The notes under the pieces are model-generated. The model was not told where the DNA came from, did not search any database, and saw only the letters and a list, made by a program, of their open reading frames with translations. From assembly GCA_963704165.1 (NCBI GenBank), contig CAVPHD010000011.1, forward strand, positions 64,001-128,000: a stretch of 64,000 bases of DNA, in the 5' to 3' direction. Shown here one piece after another: positions 9,575-22,165 of this stretch (position 1 is its first letter; each line of letters opens with the position of its first letter). The DNA is from an uncultured delta proteobacterium. Lineage in GTDB: Bacteria; Myxococcota_A; UBA9160; SZUA-336. Position numbers and translations under genes: made by a program.

Positions 9575-10213
9575 TCACTCTCCCCCCGCCGTCTTCGGCG
9601 CAGTCGTGGCGCTGCCCATGGTCGACTCGTTGAAGTAGAACGTCGCCGCCGTTCCCTTCACCTTGATGAGCGGAATCTCGGCTGCCTCGTTCGCAACGGT
9701 GAAGGTCAGATCGGACAGGTTCACGATGCGCGAGAGGCTCGCGACGCGGTCGAAGAAGAGACCGATGTCGTGATAGCCACCGGAGAACTCGAGCTCGATC
9801 TGCTGCTCCGAGTAGAAGCCGCGGTCGATCTTCTTGCCCTGCTTGAAGGTCTGGATCTCGAGTCCGGACTTCTTGCCGAGCCCCGTGATGTTGGTCAGGA
9901 GCGCCGGCAGGTCACTCGACTCCGGCAGCTTCTCCAGTGCCGACTTCAGCTGGTCCTCGAGTTCCTCTCGCTTGCGCTTGAAGCTCTCGAGGTTGTTGGC
10001 CACCGCCTTCGCGGCCTGGATGTTCTGCTCGAGCTTGGCGCGCTTCGTCTGCAGCGTTCGCAGGGAGGCCTGGTCGCCGCCGAAGAACACGAGCAAGTAC
10101 AAGCCGACCACGACGAGCGCGACGCCCGCCAGGATTCCGTAGCGAGCGAAGCTCGGCAGACGATCCAGCTTCTGGAGGATCTGCTGCGCGTTCAAGTTGT
10201 CGGTGATCGCCAT
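9575..10213 (-). CDS. pilO: Type IV pilus assembly protein PilO
   Basis: TM helix, coiled coil, LPESSDLPALL, GGYHDIGLFFDRVASLSRIVN. Confidence 0.93.
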   Translation of the reverse strand: MAITDNLNAQQILQKLDRLPSFARYGILAGVALVVVGLYLLVFFGGDQASLRTLQTKRAKLEQNIQAAKAVANNLESFKRKREELEDQLKSALEKLPESSDLPALLTNITGLGKKSGLEIQTFKQGKKIDRGFYSEQQIELEFSGGYHDIGLFFDRVASLSRIVNLSDLTFTVANEAAEIPLIKVKGTAATFYFNESTMGSATTAPKTAGGE

Positions 10214-10223
10214 CTCGCGCTCC

Positions 10224-10844
10224 CTATTCCTTGCCTGCGGCCTTGGGCGGCGCGCGACGCGCGGCCCTCCGGCCTTGCGCCGCTGTCGGCGTGGGGACGT
10301 CCTTCAGGTATGGGTACTGGGCGGTCATCTTGAAGACCGAGAGCTTCAGACCCTCGGTCTCTTCGAGCTTCGTCTCCTGCAGATCGACGCGAGAGAGCAT
10401 CGGCGAGTCCTCGAGCGCGGCCGCGAAGTCGGCGACGATCTCGGCGTCGATGCTGTTGCCCTCGATCTCGAGCAGGCCGCCCTTCGCGACCAGCTTCGTC
10501 AGCCAGACGCGCTGCGGAATGCGCATGGCGAGCTCGTCCATGATCTTGACCGGGCCCGTTCGCGCAGCCTCGATCTGGTCGATGATCGCCAGCTTCTGCT
10601 CGATGGCCTGCTGCTCGTCCTGGAACTTCTTCACTTCCTTCTGGACGGCTTCGAGCTTCTTCAGCTCCGTCTCGCGGGCCCCGATCAGCGCGCGCTCGTG
10701 CGAGATGTGCGCGGTCATCCACATCGAGATCACGAGCGAGATCGCGACTCCGGCACCGACGGCCCCGCCGAGGAACACGCCCTGCTTGCGCAGGCTCGCG
10801 GCTCGTCGGGCCTCGCGGACGGGGAGCAGATTGATTCGAATCAC
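10224..10844 (-). CDS. pilN: Type IV pilus assembly protein PilN
   Basis: GTG start giving the MIRINLLP motif, TM helix, IPQRVWLT. Confidence 0.93.
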   Translation of the reverse strand: MIRINLLPVREARRAASLRKQGVFLGGAVGAGVAISLVISMWMTAHISHERALIGARETELKKLEAVQKEVKKFQDEQQAIEQKLAIIDQIEAARTGPVKIMDELAMRIPQRVWLTKLVAKGGLLEIEGNSIDAEIVADFAAALEDSPMLSRVDLQETKLEETEGLKLSVFKMTAQYPYLKDVPTPTAAQGRRAARRAPPKAAGKE

Positions 10845-11908
10845 GTGTCGTCTCCTCGCCGCATGCCGAGGCCGATCGCGGTGCAGAGCGCCGGGCCCAG
10901 CTCGCGGATCCTTTCCTCGTCTCCGGCACTCGGCGCGATGTCCACGCGCTGGAACGGATTGGCGATCTCGACCGGAATCTCGAGCCGGTCGTGGAAGATC
11001 CGCTCGAGACCCGGCACGCGTGCGGCGCCGCCGCAGAGCAAGAGCCGCTCGAGTCGCGAGCTCGTCGCCGTGGCGCGGTAGAAGTCGAGCGAGCGCTGGA
11101 TCTCCGCGAGCATCGTCTCGGAGACCTCGCGCATCGACTCTTCGACCTCTTGGGGAACGACGTCCTTGCTGATCTCGCCGGGCCGGCCGCCGACCTTGAT
11201 CCGCTCCGCCTCTTCGAAGGTGATGCCGAGCGTCTTCTGGATCTCCTCGGTGTACTGGTTTCCACCCGAGGTGATGTCCCGCGTGAACACCGGCACCGAG
11301 CCGCTCATCACGTTCATGTTGATGACCGAGGCGCCCAGGTCGAGCAGCGCGACGGTGCTCTCGTCCGACGGCTCGTAGTTGTGCTGGTACATGTTGCCGA
11401 CCGCGAAGGCGTCGACGTCCATCACCGCGAGCGAGAGTCCCGCTTCCGTGATGACGCTGACGTAGTCGTCGATCAGGTCCTTCTTCGCGGCGACGAGCAG
11501 CACGTCCATCTGACCATCGACCCCCGACTCGCGAAGGATCTGGTGGTCGATGTTCACCTCGTTGATGTCGAACGGGATGTACTGCTCCGCTTCCCAGCGG
11601 ATCGTCTCCTCGAGCTCTTCCTTGCTCTGCGCCGGAAGCGAGATCCGCTTGACGATCACGGAGTGACCCGAGACCGACGTCACGACGGTCTTCGATTTGA
11701 AATTGCCCATCGCACACGCTTCCGAGATCGCGGCGGAAATGGCGGGTGCGTTCATGAACGATCCCTGGACGATCGCCTCGGGCGGAAGCAGCGCGAATCC
11801 GAATCCGCGCAACCGGAAGCTGCCCCCGTGCGGTTCCAACTCGACCGCCTTGACCTGGCTGGACCCGATGTCGAGTCCGATGACCGTTTTCTTCCCGAAG
11901 GAGAACAT
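10841..11908 (-). CDS. pilM: Type IV pilus actin-like protein PilM
   Basis: IGLDIGSSQVK, WEAEQYIPF, VLLVAAKK, EIQRSLDFY. Confidence 0.97.
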   Translation of the reverse strand: MFSFGKKTVIGLDIGSSQVKAVELEPHGGSFRLRGFGFALLPPEAIVQGSFMNAPAISAAISEACAMGNFKSKTVVTSVSGHSVIVKRISLPAQSKEELEETIRWEAEQYIPFDINEVNIDHQILRESGVDGQMDVLLVAAKKDLIDDYVSVITEAGLSLAVMDVDAFAVGNMYQHNYEPSDESTVALLDLGASVINMNVMSGSVPVFTRDITSGGNQYTEEIQKTLGITFEEAERIKVGGRPGEISKDVVPQEVEESMREVSETMLAEIQRSLDFYRATATSSRLERLLLCGGAARVPGLERIFHDRLEIPVEIANPFQRVDIAPSAGDEERIRELGPALCTAIGLGMRRGDDT

Positions 11909-11921
11909 CGCCGACCCCGCC

Positions 11922-12176
11922 TCAGTTCCCGCCCGATTGGGCGTCGCTGGTGTGTGTTGCGATCAACTGCTCGACCGATCGGTCACCGAAGACCGAGTCC
12001 TTGTCGGATACACGCAATCCGAGCGCGTGGAGGAGCTTCCGTTTCGTGTCGAGGCGACAGGTCTTGCCAGCCTCGACGCGATCGATCGTCAGCGTCGAGA
12101 GGCCGGCTTTCCGGGCCAACTCGGCCTTGCTCATCATGAGCGCCTCGCGAACTCGCCGAACCTTGTTCCCAGACAC
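11922..12176 (-). CDS. Small XRE-family HTH regulator directly upstream of pilM
   Basis: GTG start after GGAGG; NKVRRVREALMMSKAELARKAGLSTLTIDRVEAG. Confidence 0.85.
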   Translation of the reverse strand: MSGNKVRRVREALMMSKAELARKAGLSTLTIDRVEAGKTCRLDTKRKLLHALGLRVSDKDSVFGDRSVEQLIATHTSDAQSGGN

Positions 12177-12215
12177 TGAGATCCTCCGTTGCGAACCGGC
12201 GTGAGAATCGAGTTC

Positions 12216-12243
12216 CGATCGGCGGGCCGAAAACGCGACTTGA
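12216..12243 (-). promoter_or_regulatory. sigma28-like promoter of the HTH-pilMNOPQ operon
   Basis: Minus strand TCAA-N16-GCCGATCG. Confidence 0.65.
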
Positions 12244-12294
12244 GGCTTCGCGACCCTCACCTTGCCGTCAGGCACGCGCAGACCGCCGTGCGTG

Positions 12295-13356
12295 TCAGAA
12301 CTCGTCGTCCGCCGCCTCCTCGCCTCGATCCTCTTCGGTGTAATCCCCGTCACGTTTTTCCTCGGACGCGGCCTCCGGCTTCGCGACATCGCTCGCGCTG
12401 GCCGGAGCCTCGCTCCAATCGACGGCCAGCGAGTAGTTCTGCGTCGTCGCCCCGCCATACGGGTCGGACACCCGGAGCTCGATCGGGTACACGCCCTTCG
12501 CGCTCGTCGGCACCTGCCAGGTCACGCGTCCACTGACGATGTCCACGGCCATGCCCGGCGGTCCGTCGACCAGCTCGTACTTCAGCGGACGGTCGCCGTC
12601 GGGATCCTCGGCCGCGACCTCGTAGGTGTACTGACTCGAGCCCGAGAGCTTGTAGTTGGGCTGCGTCGTGATCGCAGGCGCCGCGTTTCCGAGCGTCAGG
12701 GCAGCCGAGGCCACCCACGGGCTCTCGGACGTTCCATCGTCCGCGCGGACCTGAAGCACGATGATCTCGCCGCGGTGGCCCACACCGGGGCGAAGCCTCG
12801 GTCCGTCGCTATCCTCGATCAGCTGGCCGTTTCGGACCCAGCGATACGCGAGATCGACCGAGTCCCCGTCGTCGTCCCGGACGTCGACGTCGGCCTGCAG
12901 GAGATCGAGCGCCGTGGCTCGCGCCGGTTTGATGGCCACGCGGCGCAGCGTCGGTGCGGAGTTGCCGACGATGATCGCGGCGGTCTGATGTGTGACCTCG
13001 TCCTTCCCGTCCGACGCGAACACGATCGCGTACACGCGGTCTCCGCGGGAGAAGCTCCCGGCGGGGGCATCGGCCTGCTCGAGGCCCGGAAGGATCTCGG
13101 AGTTCCGATACCACTCGAAGCTGACACGCACCCGGTCTCGGTCGGCGTCGTTCGCGACGACGGCGACCGAGATCGTCTGACTCGCACCTGCCCCGGCCGG
13201 CTGGAGCTCCGCCGACAGGATCTCGGGTGGCGAGTTGACGGCCCCCGTCCGAGCCGCCGGGCGGCTCGACGCCTGCGTCGCGTTCGACTCGTCCTCGGTC
13301 GACCCGCCACACGCTACACAGAGAAGCGTGATCGCGACTGCGATGACCCGCTTCAT
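12295..13356 (-). CDS. Lipoprotein with tandem Ig/cadherin-like domains
   Basis: Lipobox CVAC; repeated N-x-P-P/NSAP/NAAP starts with DADRD/DDDGD/DPDGD loops and Y/F-x-W strands. Confidence 0.85.
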   Translation of the reverse strand: MKRVIAVAITLLCVACGGSTEDESNATQASSRPAARTGAVNSPPEILSAELQPAGAGASQTISVAVVANDADRDRVRVSFEWYRNSEILPGLEQADAPAGSFSRGDRVYAIVFASDGKDEVTHQTAAIIVGNSAPTLRRVAIKPARATALDLLQADVDVRDDDGDSVDLAYRWVRNGQLIEDSDGPRLRPGVGHRGEIIVLQVRADDGTSESPWVASAALTLGNAAPAITTQPNYKLSGSSQYTYEVAAEDPDGDRPLKYELVDGPPGMAVDIVSGRVTWQVPTSAKGVYPIELRVSDPYGGATTQNYSLAVDWSEAPASASDVAKPEAASEEKRDGDYTEEDRGEEAADDEF

Positions 13357-13394
13357 GACGCCCCCCATCGGGAATCGGAATGCTCCCGCGTAGA

Positions 13395-14813
13395 TCAGCT
13401 ATCGGAGCGCGGGGGAAGCGGATTGAGTGGCGCGATGTCGTACTCCTTGACCTTGTACTGGAGCGCTCGCGCGGAGATCTCGAGAAGCTCGGCGGCTCGC
13501 GTGCGGTTGCCGCCGGTGCGCGCCAACGCGAGGCGGATCAGGCGATCCTCGAGTGCTCTCCCGCGTCGTTTGATGGACAGGTCCTCTGCGGCGTCGGCAC
13601 CGAGGCCCGGCGAGGCCACGAGCGCGAGCGACAGCTTCGACTCCACCGCGGCGAACGGGAACAGCTCGCGCGTGATCGTCGATCCGGTGGCGAGGATCAG
13701 CGCACGCTCGAGCGTGTTCTCGAGCTCGCGGACGTTGCCGGGCCAGGAATGCTCGCAGAGCGCCGACATGGTTTCGCGATCGAGGGGCTCCACCGACTTG
13801 CCCATCCGTCGCGAGAGACCGGTGAGGAGTTGATCCGCGAGAGCGGGTACGTCCTCGAGGCGCTCGCGCAGCGGCGGCACGTGCAGGCGGAAGACGTTCA
13901 GCCGGTAGAAAAGATCCGCACGGAACGTCCCCGCCTGGACCATCGCTTCGAGGTCGCGGGCCGTCGCGGCGACGATCCGCACGTCGACGGGATACGGCTT
14001 CGCCGCGCCGACCGGACGGACCTCTTCTTCCTGGAGAACGCGAAGCAGCTTGACCTGGATCGGCAGCGGAAGCTCACCGATCTCGTCGAGGAAGAGCGTT
14101 CCTCCGTCGGCTTCCCGGAACATCCCGCGCGTCTCCCGATCCGCTCCCGTGAAGGCGCCGCGCACGTGTCCGAAGAGCTCGCTCTCGATCAGCGTTTCGG
14201 GGATCGCTCCGCAGTTCAGCGCGACGAACGGCTCCTCCGATCGCTCCGAACGGCCGTGCACGGCGCGCGCGACGACCTCCTTGCCCACGCCGCTCTCGCC
14301 CGTCACGAGCACGGTCGTCTTGAACTCGGCCGCACGCTCGACGAGATCGTAGATCTCGCGCATGGCCGCGGATGCGGCGACGAGCGCACCCTCCACGCCA
14401 CCGTGGGAGAGCTCGCGGCGAAGCTGGCGGTTCTCACGCCGCAGCCGCTCGCGCTCCTCCGCCTTTCCGATCGCGAGCAGGAGCTCCTCGGCCTGGAACG
14501 GCTTGGCGAGGTAGTCGTAGGCACCCCTGCGCACCGCCTCGAGCGCTTGATCCACCTGTCCGTACGCGGACATCATCAGCACGGTGGCGTCCGGCTGAGC
14601 GCGGATCAGCTCGGGCAGGATCTCCAGTCCGCTGCGTCCCGGCATGCGCACGTCGCAGAGCACGAGATCGAATCGCTCCGCATGGGCGATGGCGAGTCCT
14701 TCGTCCCCGTTCGCGGCGCGGCAGACCTCGTAGCCCTCGTCCGCGAGGATCAGTCCGAGACTGGTCCGGATCCCATTCTCGTCATCGATGATCAGCGCGC
14801 GGCGTTTGGGCAT
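13395..14813 (-). CDS. sigma54-dependent response regulator (PilR2-like by position)
   Basis: REC (IIDDE, CDVRMP), GESGVGKE, GAFTGA, WPGNVREL, C-terminal HTH. Confidence 0.92.
   Translation of the reverse strand: MPKRRALIIDDENGIRTSLGLILADEGYEVCRAANGDEGLAIAHAERFDLVLCDVRMPGRSGLEILPELIRAQPDATVLMMSAYGQVDQALEAVRRGAYDYLAKPFQAEELLLAIGKAEERERLRRENRQLRRELSHGGVEGALVAASAAMREIYDLVERAAEFKTTVLVTGESGVGKEVVARAVHGRSERSEEPFVALNCGAIPETLIESELFGHVRGAFTGADRETRGMFREADGGTLFLDEIGELPLPIQVKLLRVLQEEEVRPVGAAKPYPVDVRIVAATARDLEAMVQAGTFRADLFYRLNVFRLHVPPLRERLEDVPALADQLLTGLSRRMGKSVEPLDRETMSALCEHSWPGNVRELENTLERALILATGSTITRELFPFAAVESKLSLALVASPGLGADAAEDLSIKRRGRALEDRLIRLALARTGGNRTRAAELLEISARALQYKVKEYDIAPLNPLPPRSDS
13399..13426 (-). 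promoter_or_regulatory. sigma28-like promoter of the Ig lipoprotein
   Basis: Minus strand TCAA-N16-TCCGATAG. Confidence 0.65.
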
Positions 14814-16329
14814 GGTCGCCCTGCCTATCGGCTGCGGGCAAGACCAGTCTGAAGCAAGTCCGGCCCGACTGACTCGTGACTTCGAGCCTTCCGCCGAGCA
14901 GCTCCGCAATTCGATGCGCGTTCCAGAGCCCGAGGCCGGTGCCTTCGTCCGGTCCCTTCGTGGTGAAGAACGGATCGAAGATCCGCGGCAGGTCCTCGAC
15001 CTCGATCCCCGGACCGTTGTCGATCACCTCGAGACAGACGGCGTCCGGAGCGCGCTCCTCGACGAAGCTCGTTCGTTCCGCGTCCCCGCTGCGCCGCGAC
15101 GGGCGCGCGGGCGCGTGCCCGCGGAGCGCCACGAGTTCGATCCGGCCGCCGGCCACGCCGCGAAGCGCGTGTGCCGCGTTCTCGATCAGGTTCACGAACA
15201 CCTGCTCGAGTCGCCGCCGATCGACTTCGACGTCGGGCAGGCCGGGCTCCGCAATGACCGAAAGCTCGAGGCCCGTGAGAAGTGGCTGCGGACGAATGCG
15301 CTCGGCGACGTGCTCGAGCAGCGCGCTGGGCTCGACCCGCTCGAGCGCGAGCGCTTCGGGACGCGAGAGGTCGAGCATTTCGCGCACGAGCTCTCGCACG
15401 CGCAGCGCCTCTTCCGCGATCAACGAAGCCAACTCGCGTGTTCGCGGCGAGGCGGTCTTCTCACGTCGACACACCTCCGCGTAGCCGAGAATCGCGGCGA
15501 CGGGATTTCCCACCTCGTGCGCGACGCCCGCCGCGAGCTGTCCCAGACTCGCCAGCCGCCGGCTCCGCGAGAGCGACTCCTGCGCCAGCAGAAGCGCATC
15601 GCGCTCCCGCTCGAGCGACTCGGCCATCTGATTGAAGCTCCGAGCGAGCTCTTCGAGCTCCGCGGGACCCTGTTCGGGGATCCGAGCCTGCAGGTCGCCG
15701 CTGGCGATCCGCCGCGTTCCAGCGGCGAGCGCACCGAGCGGTGAGACCACACGGCGTCGCAAGAGCCACGCGCCGAAGCCCACGAAGACGACCGTCGCGA
15801 TGAAGAGCACCCAGATCGCCGAACCGAAGACCGGGGCGAGCCGGTGCCACACCTCCTCGCCGCTCGCGCGTCCGATCAGGAAGCCGGTCTCACCCGAAGG
15901 TGTGCGAAGGCGCCGGACCAGGGTCATGTCGCCGACGAGCACACCCTCGAGCTCGAGGGCTTCTCCCGTCTCGCGGGCGACCTCGAGAAGGTTCGCGAGT
16001 CTCGGATCGACCTCCGCGCCTCCGGCGGCCGATCCGGGATCCCGTCCTCGCTCGTCGAGCACGCGAAACTCGCCGCCCGAGATCCGCGGCCCGCTCGCGC
16101 GGACGGTCGCGGCCAGGTCGACGAGTCGACGCGCGCCGCCGTCGAGCGACCGCTCGAGATGGCGCGCGCCCATCCGCAACCGCTCCAGCGCCGCGTCGTG
16201 CACCGAACGCACCGAGAGTCCCGTCAGCACGACCGCGACGATCGCGAGCCCCGCGAACATCATCACGAACAAGTTCGCGACGATTTCGAGCTGAACGCCC
16301 CCGCGAAGCGTCAGCCGGCGTCGATCCAC
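14782..16329 (-). CDS. HAMP sensor histidine kinase (PilS2-like by position)
   Basis: Two TM helices, HAMP, AGVAHEVGNP H-box, DNGPG, FFTTK, GTGLGL; start approximate. Confidence 0.9.
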   Translation of the reverse strand: MDRRRLTLRGGVQLEIVANLFVMMFAGLAIVAVVLTGLSVRSVHDAALERLRMGARHLERSLDGGARRLVDLAATVRASGPRISGGEFRVLDERGRDPGSAAGGAEVDPRLANLLEVARETGEALELEGVLVGDMTLVRRLRTPSGETGFLIGRASGEEVWHRLAPVFGSAIWVLFIATVVFVGFGAWLLRRRVVSPLGALAAGTRRIASGDLQARIPEQGPAELEELARSFNQMAESLERERDALLLAQESLSRSRRLASLGQLAAGVAHEVGNPVAAILGYAEVCRREKTASPRTRELASLIAEEALRVRELVREMLDLSRPEALALERVEPSALLEHVAERIRPQPLLTGLELSVIAEPGLPDVEVDRRRLEQVFVNLIENAAHALRGVAGGRIELVALRGHAPARPSRRSGDAERTSFVEERAPDAVCLEVIDNGPGIEVEDLPRIFDPFFTTKGPDEGTGLGLWNAHRIAELLGGRLEVTSQSGRTCFRLVLPAADRQGDHAQTPRADHR

Positions 16330-17099
16330 CGCGCCCATAGCCTCGGCTCGAACAGGAAGACGAGGCCCGCGATCGCGAGTCCCGGTCCGAACGGAATCCG
16401 CGTGTCCATCCCCTTGCGTTCGATCACGAGCTTCGGGATGCCGTAGGCCAGCCCGATCAGCGATCCCATGAAGATGATTCCGATCGCGGCCGACGTGCCG
16501 AGCAGGCTCGCGAGCATCGCGATCAGCTTCACGTCGCCGAAGCCCAGCCCCTGCTTTCCCCGGAGACGCGGATAGACCTCCGCGATCAGCCAGAACGCCC
16601 CGCCCGCAATCAGCACACCGAGAATCGCGTCGCGGAACTCCACGCCGAGCGACGGCGCGACGATCGAGATCCCGAGCCCGAGCGCGAGACCGGGCAGCGT
16701 GATCCAGTTGGGGATGATGTAGTGATCGATGTCGATGAAGATCACGGCGATCAGCGCGGCAGCGATCGCCCACTCGACGAGCAGCCGGGCCGACGGGCCG
16801 TGCGCGAGAAGCAGCGCGGCGAAGAGCGCGCCCGTCAGCGCTTCGACCAGCGGGTAGCGCGGAGAGATGACCGCGCGGCACGAGCGGCAGCGCCCGCGGA
16901 GAAACAGGTACGAGAGAATCGGCACGTTCGCGAACGCGGGGATCGCGACCTGACACGCCGGACAGCGAGAGCCCGGAAGGACCAGCGACTCCCCGCGCGG
17001 CAGTCGCCAGATCACCACGTTCAGGAAGCTTCCGATGCAGGCTCCGAATGCGAACGCGGCGGCCACGAGCAGCGGAAAGGGAACGCCGGCGTCGGCCAT
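16311..17099 (-). CDS. pilD: Prepilin peptidase
   Basis: GSFLNVVIWRLP, SRCPAC, GRCRSC, RYPLVE, GFGDVKL, IPFGP. Confidence 0.95.
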   Translation of the reverse strand: MADAGVPFPLLVAAAFAFGACIGSFLNVVIWRLPRGESLVLPGSRCPACQVAIPAFANVPILSYLFLRGRCRSCRAVISPRYPLVEALTGALFAALLLAHGPSARLLVEWAIAAALIAVIFIDIDHYIIPNWITLPGLALGLGISIVAPSLGVEFRDAILGVLIAGGAFWLIAEVYPRLRGKQGLGFGDVKLIAMLASLLGTSAAIGIIFMGSLIGLAYGIPKLVIERKGMDTRIPFGPGLAIAGLVFLFEPRLWARWIDAG

Positions 17100-17119
17100 C
17101 GACAAGACCTTAGCGCGCG

Positions 17120-17892
17120 CTAACGGAAGTCGCGCCGCTGGAAGAGCAGCACCGCGCCCGACATGAGCACGAACGAGTAGAGCCAGGCGTACAGCGCCGC
17201 GGCGCCGACACGCGCCATCTCGATCGGTCGCCCCGCGCTCGCATCCGCCTTGATGTCGAGCCGGTCGAGGTTCGGCAGCATCCAGTAGAGCGTCTCGAGC
17301 AGCTCCTTCAGGCCCGGCAGGTCGGACTTCGACCCGAATGCGCGGAGATCCGCGAGCAGGTGCCCGACGATCCAGAGCGCGATCGTGAACATCCCCGACA
17401 AGTACGGCGTGGTGAAGCTCGAGAAGAACATCGCGATCGCCGTGACGAGCGCGAGCTCGCAGTAGATCAACGCGATGCTCCAGACGAGGCCCATCTCGAA
17501 GGCGGCGCCGGTCCAGACGAGCACGCCGAGGAAGCACGCGCTCATGATCGCGACCTCGACCGCGAGCAGCGTGAGCAGACCGAAGTACTTGCCGAGCAGG
17601 AACTCCCAGCGACGCACGGGCTTGGCCAGCATCGTGTAGACGGTCTTCATCGAGAGCTCTTTGTGCACCAGGTTGATCCCGACGAAGATCGCGATCAGCA
17701 CGCCGAAGAACGCGATCGACGACAGCCCGATGTCCCGGTAGATGCGATCGTCCTTGCCGATCTGGATCTGCGCGAGCAGCACGGAGCTCGCGATCATCAG
17801 CGCCGCGAAGAGCAGCAGGTTGTAGAGCAGCTTGTCGCGCACGGCTTCGCGGTACGTGTTGGACGCCAGAACCCAGATCCGCCACGGCGAGC

Positions 17893-17896
<4 letters not shown>
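17120..17896 (-). CDS. pilI: ABC transporter permease, PilI-like
   Basis: NTYREAVRDK, LAKPVRRWEFLLGKY, multiple TM helices, FQRRDF end. Confidence 0.88.
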
Positions 17897-18819
<923 letters not shown>

Positions 18820-18821
18820 GT

Positions 18822-19701
18822 TCAGGCGCCCCCTCTCGGCATGTTCAGGCGAATGACCTCGTACGGCAGGTCCGTCGCCGCGCGCCCGTCGGCGATCGAA
18901 TAGGCACCGCCTTTCGGATCGCGTGGAGGGCTCGCGAGGAACCCGGACTCGACCAGCTCCGCGATCGACTTCGGATCGCGCGAGCGGGCGGCGCGGAAGC
19001 CCTCGATCGCGGCATCGATCAGACCGAGATCGCGGTTGATCCAGATGTCGCTCAGGCGCCTTTGCAGCCGTTCGCGCACCTCCGGCGTTTCCTCGTTCTG
19101 AAGCCGCGCGTGGATGAACTGCATCGCGGTGGAGGGGTCGCCGGCGTGTGTATAGAGGCGACTGATCAGGAACTGCAGGTACGGCGGCCCACCGAGGGCG
19201 AAGGCCCGCTCGAGGTGCCGGGCACCCTCCACGTGCTCGCCCTTCTCCATGAAGTACTGGAAGCCGAGCAGGAAGTGGATCCGCCAGTAGTCGCTCTGCG
19301 CAGCGCCCTTCTCGAGCAGACGGATCGCCGCATCGGGATCGGCGCGCAGGCCGTTCAGCACCGAGGCCATCACGCACGTAGGCCTGTCGAAGTGGGGATC
19401 GATGTCGGTCACGAGGCCGGCGAGTCGTTCCGCGCCGGGCCAGTTGGCGGCGGAGGAGTGCTCGTCACCGACGTAGTAGCACGGTGCGGACCCAGAACAG
19501 GTCCGCGACCGCGCGTTCGAAGCCCAGGGAAAGAACGCGCAGGACATTCCCGTCGGGAAGGATGCCGACGTCCCCGTCCGGAGTTCTCTCGATCGCACGT
19601 GTCTCGAGTCGGAGATTCGTTCCGTGCATCGATGCGGCGGCGATCAGCGCGCAAGGCAGCAGAATCGCCTCGACTGGAATCCGGAATAGGCGCCCCACCA
19701 T
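18822..19701 (-). CDS. pilG: PilG-like TPR protein (Myxococcus nomenclature), frameshifted near 19482
   Basis: The N-part (LSLGFERAVADLFWVRTV) and C-part (YYVG...VTDIDPHF...LLEKG...DPKGGAY) are in different frames; position between pilA and pilH. Confidence 0.75.
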
Positions 19702-19711
19702 CTCGCACTCC

Positions 19712-19739
19712 GAATCGGAGTCGTCGGCAGAGCGCTTTA
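19712..19739 (-). promoter_or_regulatory. sigma28-like promoter of pilGHI
   Basis: Minus strand TAAA-N16-TCCGATTC, just after the pilA terminator. Confidence 0.6.
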
Positions 19740-19763
19740 GCGCTCGGATTCGTCGGATTCCAG

Positions 19764-19808
19764 AAATGAAAAGGCCCGACGGGATCGCGTGAGCCATCCC
19801 GCCGGGCC
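19764..19808 (-). terminator. Rho-independent terminator after pilA
   Basis: Minus strand GGCCCGGCGGGAT-loop10-ATCCCGTCGGGCC followed by TTTTCATTT. Confidence 0.8.
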
Positions 19809-19827
19809 GATTCGAGGCGCGCCGTTC

Positions 19828-20475
<648 letters not shown>

Positions 20476-20555
20476 GCTGTCTCCTTGCTGAGTACTCGAA
20501 ATCCGGAACCCGGCTCTGGGCTCCACTGCCCGAACGCCGGGCCGACCCGGGCAAG

Positions 20556-20571
20556 AGCAAGGGCCGTGCCC
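20556..20571 (-). promoter_or_regulatory. sigma54 -24/-12 promoter of pilA
   Basis: Minus strand GGGCAC-GGCCC-TTGCT matches GGCAC-N5-TTGC. Confidence 0.8.
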
Positions 20572-20673
20572 GCCCGACGGTGCGCTCTCCACGCGCGTGC
20601 ACGTCGCGCCCGATGTCGATGATTTCACTGCCATGGCGCGGCCGCGACGGCGTCGATCCTCGAACGTGTCGCC

Positions 20674-20732
20674 CGTCACCGGGTGACGTTTTGCGAGGGC
20701 CGCAGTGACGAAGAACGTCACCGCCGCAAGCG

Positions 20733-20736
<4 letters not shown>
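20674..20736. promoter_or_regulatory. Cluster of GTGACG/CGTCAC sites, candidate PilR enhancer
   Basis: Five copies (20674, 20683, 20705, 20716, 20731), including the palindrome GTGACG-N5-CGTCAC. Confidence 0.55.
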
Positions 20737-22116
<1,380 letters not shown>

Positions 22117-22165
22117 ACACCCACTCCTCGAAGCCCGATCGGAACCGTTGCCTGCGCGCTTGAGA

